DNA of 22,609 nt from a bacterium (GTDB lineage: Bacteria > Zhuqueibacterota > Zhuqueibacteria > Oceanimicrobiales > Oceanimicrobiaceae), in the NCBI GenBank assembly GCA_046757025.1, contig JBHHXN010000082.1:1-22609 (forward strand), in the 5' to 3' direction. The notes beneath the pieces were generated by a model, which was not told the origin of the DNA, did no database searches, and saw nothing but the letters and a program-made list of their open reading frames with translations. This document shows, piece after piece, positions 17,567-22,609 of the stretch. The position numbers were made by a program, and so were the translations under genes. How positions within the stretch are numbered: position 1 is the stretch's first letter; each line of letters starts with the position of its first letter.

Positions 17567-17892
17567 AGATATTGTTATACGCTCTGACCGTCCCTTGTGA
17601 AGAAAACGATTTGGTTGAGCCTGATTTTGCGTGTTTGATGCTATTTCGTGCGAAGTTGTTTTCAGGGGCATAAATTGACAGAAACTTGTGCAGACGGGGG
17701 AATTTGCAGGTATTGAATGGCAATTTTCTGTTAAACCCAAATTAACAAACTCAGGAGCGCCGACAGGTCTATTTTGAAAAATCGAGCTGAGAGATCGCTT
17801 TATCGAATGGAATAATCGTTGTTCACAATCGTATTGGTATGAAATGATAGAATTGCATGGAATTTTAAACAAGCAACAAACCAAGAACATTC

Positions 17893-19506
17893 ATGGAACA
17901 TACAATTTACGACGTCATCATCATCGGAGGCGGCATCAACGGCGCCGGCATTGCCAGAGACGCGGCCGAACGCAGTCTGTCGGTTTTTTTAGCCGAAAAA
18001 CACGATTTCGCTTACGGCACCAGCTTTCGTTCCACCAAACTCATTCACGGTGGGTTGCGCTATCTCGAACACTATGAAATCGGACTGGTACGAGAATCAT
18101 TGCGCGAGCGGGAAACGCTGCTCCGAATTGCCCCCCATCTGGTGAAACCCATCAAATTCGTGCTGCCCGTGTACGAAGACAACAAATACGGCTACGGCAA
18201 AGTGAAGCTGGGGCTTCTGGCTTACGACATGTTATCGTACGACAAAAGCCTGGAAAACCACACGTCGCTTTCAGCGGAAGAGCTGCTGGCGCTGGAGCCC
18301 ACCATCCGCTCTAAAAATTTAAAAGGCGGTTTTGTGTATTTTGACTGCCAGGTGTCCTATCCCGAACGGCTTTGCCTGGAAAATGTGTTGATGGCAAAAG
18401 AGGCGGGCGCCGTTATCTGCAATCACACAGAAGTAACCGAGCTGATTCAAGAACAGGACAAAATCGTCGGGGTAAAAGTTCACAATCTCATCACCGACGA
18501 ATCTTCCGAGGTGTTTGGCCGAATGATCATCAACGCTTCTGGACCGTGGGTGGACGAGATTCTCGCCAGAAAAAAAGCCTCATCGCCCCTTAAAATGGGC
18601 GGCACCAAAGGCAGCCACATTCTGCTGCCCAAATTTGCCGGCGGTCCCAAACTGGCGCTGTATGTGCCGGCCCACCAGGATGGCCGGCCGTTTTTTATCA
18701 TCCCCTGGCGCGATTATTACTGGGTGGGCACCACCGATATCCGCTACGACGGCTCGCTGGATTCGGTTCAATCTTCGCAATCTGAAATTGAATACCTGAT
18801 TCGAGAAGTCAACTTCATCGCACCGGCTGCTAACCTCACTTCCAAGGATATTCTTTACTGTTTGGCCGGAATTCGGCCTCTCCCGCGCACCGACGACGAA
18901 ACCGAAGAAGCTGAAATTACCCGGCGTCACATCATTTACGATCATGAAAAAGAGGGCGTTTGCAACTTGATATCCATCATCGGCGGCAAGCTCACCACCT
19001 ATCGCAATCTGGCGGAAGAAACCGTGGACTATATTTTTGAAAAGTTTGAACAAGAACCCCCACCCTGCCATACAAAAGACGCCCCGCTTTGGGGAGGCAA
19101 TTTTCAGAATCTGGATAAATTTATTCAACACAACGCGCAAAAATACAGCATCAGATACGGCCTGGAAGAAGCGCAGGTGGCGTATCTTATTTCCCTGTAT
19201 GGCACCAAATTTCAACAGGTTTTAGAATTGACGAGAAAACAACCTGCCCTTAAACAAAGAATCTGTAAAAATAATCTGGATATAAAAGCGCAAATCGTCT
19301 TTTCTTTGCAGCGCGAGCTCTCCAGCACTCTGGCAGACATTTATCTGCGCCGAACCGGTATCGGCACCAGCGCCTGCAGAGGTCTGGACTGCGCTAAAGT
19401 CGGCGCAAAATTAATGGGCAAAATCCTGGGCTGGCGGCGTAAACGCGTTAAACAGGAAATGGAACATTATCAAAACGAAGTGGCCCGGTTGTACGGCTGC
19501 CGGTAA
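17893..19506 (+). CDS. glpD: FAD-dependent glycerol-3-phosphate dehydrogenase
   Basis: IIGGGINGAGIARDAA, GTSFRSTKLIHGGLRYLE, INASGPWVD, KGSH, GTTD, GIRPL and GGKLTTYR. Confidence 0.95.
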   Translation: MEHTIYDVIIIGGGINGAGIARDAAERSLSVFLAEKHDFAYGTSFRSTKLIHGGLRYLEHYEIGLVRESLRERETLLRIAPHLVKPIKFVLPVYEDNKYGYGKVKLGLLAYDMLSYDKSLENHTSLSAEELLALEPTIRSKNLKGGFVYFDCQVSYPERLCLENVLMAKEAGAVICNHTEVTELIQEQDKIVGVKVHNLITDESSEVFGRMIINASGPWVDEILARKKASSPLKMGGTKGSHILLPKFAGGPKLALYVPAHQDGRPFFIIPWRDYYWVGTTDIRYDGSLDSVQSSQSEIEYLIREVNFIAPAANLTSKDILYCLAGIRPLPRTDDETEEAEITRRHIIYDHEKEGVCNLISIIGGKLTTYRNLAEETVDYIFEKFEQEPPPCHTKDAPLWGGNFQNLDKFIQHNAQKYSIRYGLEEAQVAYLISLYGTKFQQVLELTRKQPALKQRICKNNLDIKAQIVFSLQRELSSTLADIYLRRTGIGTSACRGLDCAKVGAKLMGKILGWRRKRVKQEMEHYQNEVARLYGCR

Positions 19507-19611
19507 CCGTTTCGAGCTCAGCTATGCATCCGCTGCAATTTGAAGCATCAGGGTTTCTTTAAAGTCAAACATAACCATCAGCATAAACCGGAACCGAAAA
19601 ATCCGAGCACC

Positions 19612-21759
19612 CTATTTCAACAACACCAATTTCAAACTCTGACGCCAGTTCGAAGTCGTGGCCACGAAAAAATAATGCCCACTGGAAACCTGCTGGCCGT
19701 GGTCGTTGGTGCCATCCCAGATGAGGGTGTACTCCCGGGTGTCCGAATAAGCCGAAAGATCAAACGTTTTCACCGCCTGACCCATGATGTTAAAGATCCG
19801 AAATGACAGATCTCGGGTATCGGTACTGGCTGGCAGTTTGATTTTGATGGTGGTGCGGGCATTGAACGGATTGGGATAAGCCTGCAGCATGCTGTCACTG
19901 GCAGCATCCGTTTCAACCGTCTCCACCGCAGAAATGATTTCAGATTCATCATAACAATCGTAACACACCGAAACCGTATCGCTAGGTTCCAGGGCAATGA
20001 AAGCGGTATAAAGCGAGAGCACCCGTTCACGCAGGCTGTAATCGACGATTTCGTTGACGATGTCATTGCTCTGTTGCAGCTGCTCCAAAGATTGGATGTA
20101 GCGTCCGGCCCAGATTTCTTTGGCCAAAGTATCGGCATTGAACATATCCTGCTCCGGTATGCTGACCGATTTAGAAAAAGCCTCTGATTTGAACACACCG
20201 GAAGATTCTACAATAAACGGAAAGGCACCGTTGTATTTGCCAACTTGCAAAATCGGTCGGTTCAAATAGATCGATTGTCCACTTGTAGCAGAAGAAAACC
20301 GGGCAAAACAGAAACCATTTTCGAGGGTTGTGTGCAGATCAAACGAACTGATGAAACCACTCAACGATTGAAAGATGCCGGACAATAATTCCGTAAAGGT
20401 GTAACCCGAGCGCATTTTTAAAAAATTGCCGGAGGTCAATCTGGAAATATTCGCATAAAAATACTCGTTGCCGCGGTAGGTGCGGCCGCCAAAAAAATGA
20501 TAGGAAGTGTTCCTGTTTTGAAAATCCGCCACATGCACCGGTAAAGTCGGATTCATCAACTCGAGCAAATCGTTGATCAGCTGATTGGCCACCTGATAAT
20601 TTCCCACCTGATCCGAATTGGAAATGAGCAGCAGACTGCCATCGTTGCCGTGGGCTTGAACAAATTCCACGCCGTTTGCTAACAGCGCCGGCAGGTTACT
20701 GTAATTGGCAAGCGGTTCGCTGCCTAAATTCGCAAAGGTATTCTCGATGGTTACGGAATCCGCGGAAAGCCAATTTTCACTTGCCCGCAAAATATTGAGA
20801 CGGGAAAAAATCAAGTTGAAGGAGTCGCCCGCGGCAAAAGTGGTGTGCAAGGCATTGCGAACGGTGTGAATGACCGTACTAGCAGAGACGTTGCTGTTGG
20901 AACCGTTGTAATCAAATAGAATGGCGACTTTGTGCGATTGCGGTAACGCCAGCACTTCTGAAGGCAAATAAACCAATTGATAATAACCCTCGAATTGATC
21001 GCCGTAACTGTTTAAATAGACGCCATTTTTCAGCGGGGAGTCCACCTCGAAATTGAGCGCGCCTGTCACGGCGCTCGAGGGAATATCCGCACGAATGTAG
21101 GATCCGAACACTTCGTCATTGAATTCCTTAAAGGTGATGTCCTGAAATTCAACCAACCGTGGATTGTGCCATTCGCGGTCGAGCCAGGTGAGCAGATGAA
21201 AAGTGGCCACAGGAAAGCGCGAGGTTCGCAGCAGATTCGTGGGCAGCGGCGCGGTAACCGAGCGTGCGGTCCACTCCGTGGGCACCAGATAGGTAATTTT
21301 CACTTTGCGCGTCTCGTTGCCGCCCATGGGAAATATCCGCAACTCAAACTCGCCCTGCCCCCTTTTGAATAGGATGGACGGATCCCGGCGCCGCCGTACA
21401 ATGTTTTCGTAGATGGAGGAGGCGGTCCACTTGTCCATGATCTTCGCGCGTACGATTTCATCTCCCACCCAGAGCCAGGAGTCGTGCACGATGGCATCGG
21501 CGGGCAGATTAAAATGGAATTGCACCTCCAGCGAATCGCCGGGCGCATAGCCTGTACCCCGCGCGGAAAAGGTTAGATACAGTCCATACTCCATATAAAT
21601 ACCCTGAGGGCGGATGGCGATGACCGCTTCCTCGATGGTGCCTTGTTTGGTGTACCAGGCGCTGCGCACATCGCCCACCCGCAGCCGGTCCTCCCCCAGC
21701 ACAAAACTGCTTACAAGAGTTGTAAACAAGCATAACAGGTTCATGATTTTTTTCGGCAT
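19612..21759 (-). CDS. Secreted VIT-domain + vWA-like protein with a C-terminal T9SS type A-like/FlgD sorting domain
   Basis: gaggag RBS and a signal peptide. VIT-like LEVQFHFNLP..AIV..W.G...A..M.K..A..IYE.IVRR.RDPS.L...FELRIFP...RKVKITY. vWA-like KVAILFDYNGS and GDSFNLIF. C-terminal domain YPNPFN..T.I...IFNIMGQ.VKT...WDGTN..G..VSSG.YF...KLVLLK. Confidence 0.85.
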   Translation of the reverse strand: MPKKIMNLLCLFTTLVSSFVLGEDRLRVGDVRSAWYTKQGTIEEAVIAIRPQGIYMEYGLYLTFSARGTGYAPGDSLEVQFHFNLPADAIVHDSWLWVGDEIVRAKIMDKWTASSIYENIVRRRRDPSILFKRGQGEFELRIFPMGGNETRKVKITYLVPTEWTARSVTAPLPTNLLRTSRFPVATFHLLTWLDREWHNPRLVEFQDITFKEFNDEVFGSYIRADIPSSAVTGALNFEVDSPLKNGVYLNSYGDQFEGYYQLVYLPSEVLALPQSHKVAILFDYNGSNSNVSASTVIHTVRNALHTTFAAGDSFNLIFSRLNILRASENWLSADSVTIENTFANLGSEPLANYSNLPALLANGVEFVQAHGNDGSLLLISNSDQVGNYQVANQLINDLLELMNPTLPVHVADFQNRNTSYHFFGGRTYRGNEYFYANISRLTSGNFLKMRSGYTFTELLSGIFQSLSGFISSFDLHTTLENGFCFARFSSATSGQSIYLNRPILQVGKYNGAFPFIVESSGVFKSEAFSKSVSIPEQDMFNADTLAKEIWAGRYIQSLEQLQQSNDIVNEIVDYSLRERVLSLYTAFIALEPSDTVSVCYDCYDESEIISAVETVETDAASDSMLQAYPNPFNARTTIKIKLPASTDTRDLSFRIFNIMGQAVKTFDLSAYSDTREYTLIWDGTNDHGQQVSSGHYFFVATTSNWRQSLKLVLLK

Positions 21760-21797
21760 TTGTTTCTCCTCTTAAAATTTGAAAAAAATCTTTACTT

Positions 21798-21830
21798 AAA
21801 CCTTTCAGGTCTTTAAGACCTGGAAGGTTT
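21798..21830. repeat. AAACCTTYCAGGTC palindromic repeat (second locus)
   Basis: aaacctttcaggtct-tta-agacctggaaggttt; 15-bp arms with one mismatch. Confidence 0.75.
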
Positions 21831-22067
21831 TAAAATATCAGCTAATATCCAACATCTATGGCTTCTGCTGACAGCATCCTGGGAATAGTGCAAAATACCG
21901 TGAAAACACACGTTCACCCTGGCTAAAGGCCGAATGAATTCATATTTTTCGAGATGTGATCTGTAGCGAGCGTTATCTGGATTTGACGGTCTTTTTTTTG
22001 TAGATGTAAGCATCGAAGCCGCAGTAAATAAGATGAAAAGAAAAGGGGTGTTGTGACAATTACCCAT
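21813..22067 (-). CDS. Possible small protein or decayed gene remnant (84 aa)
   Basis: Strong RBS (gaggtggagg) 7 nt before ATG and a short hydrophobic N-terminus. No recognisable domain; the stop codon is supplied by the palindromic repeat. Confidence 0.3.
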   Translation of the reverse strand: MGNCHNTPFLFILFTAASMLTSTKKRPSNPDNARYRSHLEKYEFIRPLARVNVCFHGILHYSQDAVSRSHRCWILADILKPSRS

Positions 22068-22371
22068 CTCAATTCCTCCACCTCTTTTAACCGCATAAAT
22101 TTAAATCAATCCTTTGATAATATCAACTGAAATAGAAATAAATTTCATGAGATGCAAATGTTAGGGACTGGAAAGTATCCGCGGGACCATGGCGGCATTT
22201 AAAGATATGCTCGTGGTCTATTCGTAGATTTTGTGGCTTTGACAGGGGTGCCAGGACACTGACTGGTTTATAAAATTCAAGTGTTTTAAAATGAAAGACC
22301 AGGCAGATGGGAAGCGCTGAGCGGGGGTTTTACCCTCTCAGTTATTATAAAAGTTAGTGTTTTTCTCCTCC

Positions 22372-22515
22372 AGTAGAGCGAGTCCTTATTATCATCGCAG
22401 TCATTGCGAGGAGTGTAACGACGAAGCAATCTCTAGATTATCAACAAGTCAGGAGATTGCGACGCTGCGCTCACAATGACAAATTGTAGAAACATCAATT
22501 AAGAATCGCTCTACT
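22372..22515. mobile_element. MITE-like element with imperfect terminal inverted repeats enclosing a GTCATTGCGAG...CAATGAC REP doublet
   Basis: agtagagcga (22372-22381) and tcgctctact (22506-22515) match perfectly over 10 bp and extend to 19 bp with 3 mismatches. Interior: gtcattgcgaggagtgtaacgacgaagcaatctc ... gagattgcgacgctgcgctcacaatgac (22400-22480). Confidence 0.6.
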
Positions 22516-22571
22516 TGAGTTTGAACGAAAACTCGAAAATGCGCCAGTGAAAACCTCTTATGCGAAGGCGT

Positions 22572-22595
22572 CCCTTCGACAAGGCTCAGGACAGG
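22572..22595. repeat. REP-like CCCTTCGACAAGGCTCAGGACAGG repeat near the window edge
   Basis: Matches the window start in inverted orientation (12 bp exact). Confidence 0.55.
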
Positions 22596-22609
22596 CCCCG
22601 CCGAGCTAA

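Noticed and set aside
17411..17890. 159-aa minus-strand ORF in the CBS-glpD gap
   Set aside because: No RBS or domain, composition typical of non-coding sequence, and it overlaps promoter-like elements.
22160..22256. SAM-I riboswitch-like words (agggactgg, ggtgcca)
   Set aside because: Missing the P1 AUC/GAU context, the GCAACC motif and correct spacing, and there is no downstream sulfur-metabolism gene.
1..22609. Whole window as a transposon or island bounded by inverted ends, or the repeats as a CRISPR array
   Set aside because: The content is housekeeping and there is no transposase, integrase or cas gene. The repeats are scattered palindromes, not regularly spaced direct repeats.

Overview
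A 22.6 kb bacterial chromosomal window of mostly housekeeping and envelope genes. The T9SS-like/FlgD C-terminal domain and the Bacteroidota-type Ig-like lipoprotein point to an FCB-superphylum organism such as KSB1 or Calditrichota (inference). Gene order: DUF2271-like secreted protein, dsbD, TPR protein, lysA, Ig-like lipoprotein, NodB-type deacetylase, PlsC-type acyltransferase, alkyltransferase-like atl, UbiE-like methyltransferase, 84-aa orphan, zinc-ribbon rhomboid, korB, korA, two CBS-pair proteins, glpD, VIT/vWA-like secreted protein. I saw no rRNA, tRNA, CRISPR array or transposase. The intergenic DNA is rich in palindromic repeats, including three MITE-like elements whose different outer inverted repeats each enclose a GTCAT...ATGAC REP-type doublet. 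The best leads are: (i) the 84-aa orphan with a C-terminal beta-clamp-binding-like motif (QGELF), behind a near-consensus sigma70 promoter overlapped by two related 18-bp operator-like palindromes; (ii) a DUF2271-like protein with a flavinylation-like motif directly upstream of dsbD; (iii) the nested TIR+REP elements; (iv) two candidate structured RNAs. All family assignments come from motif recognition by eye; no searches were run.
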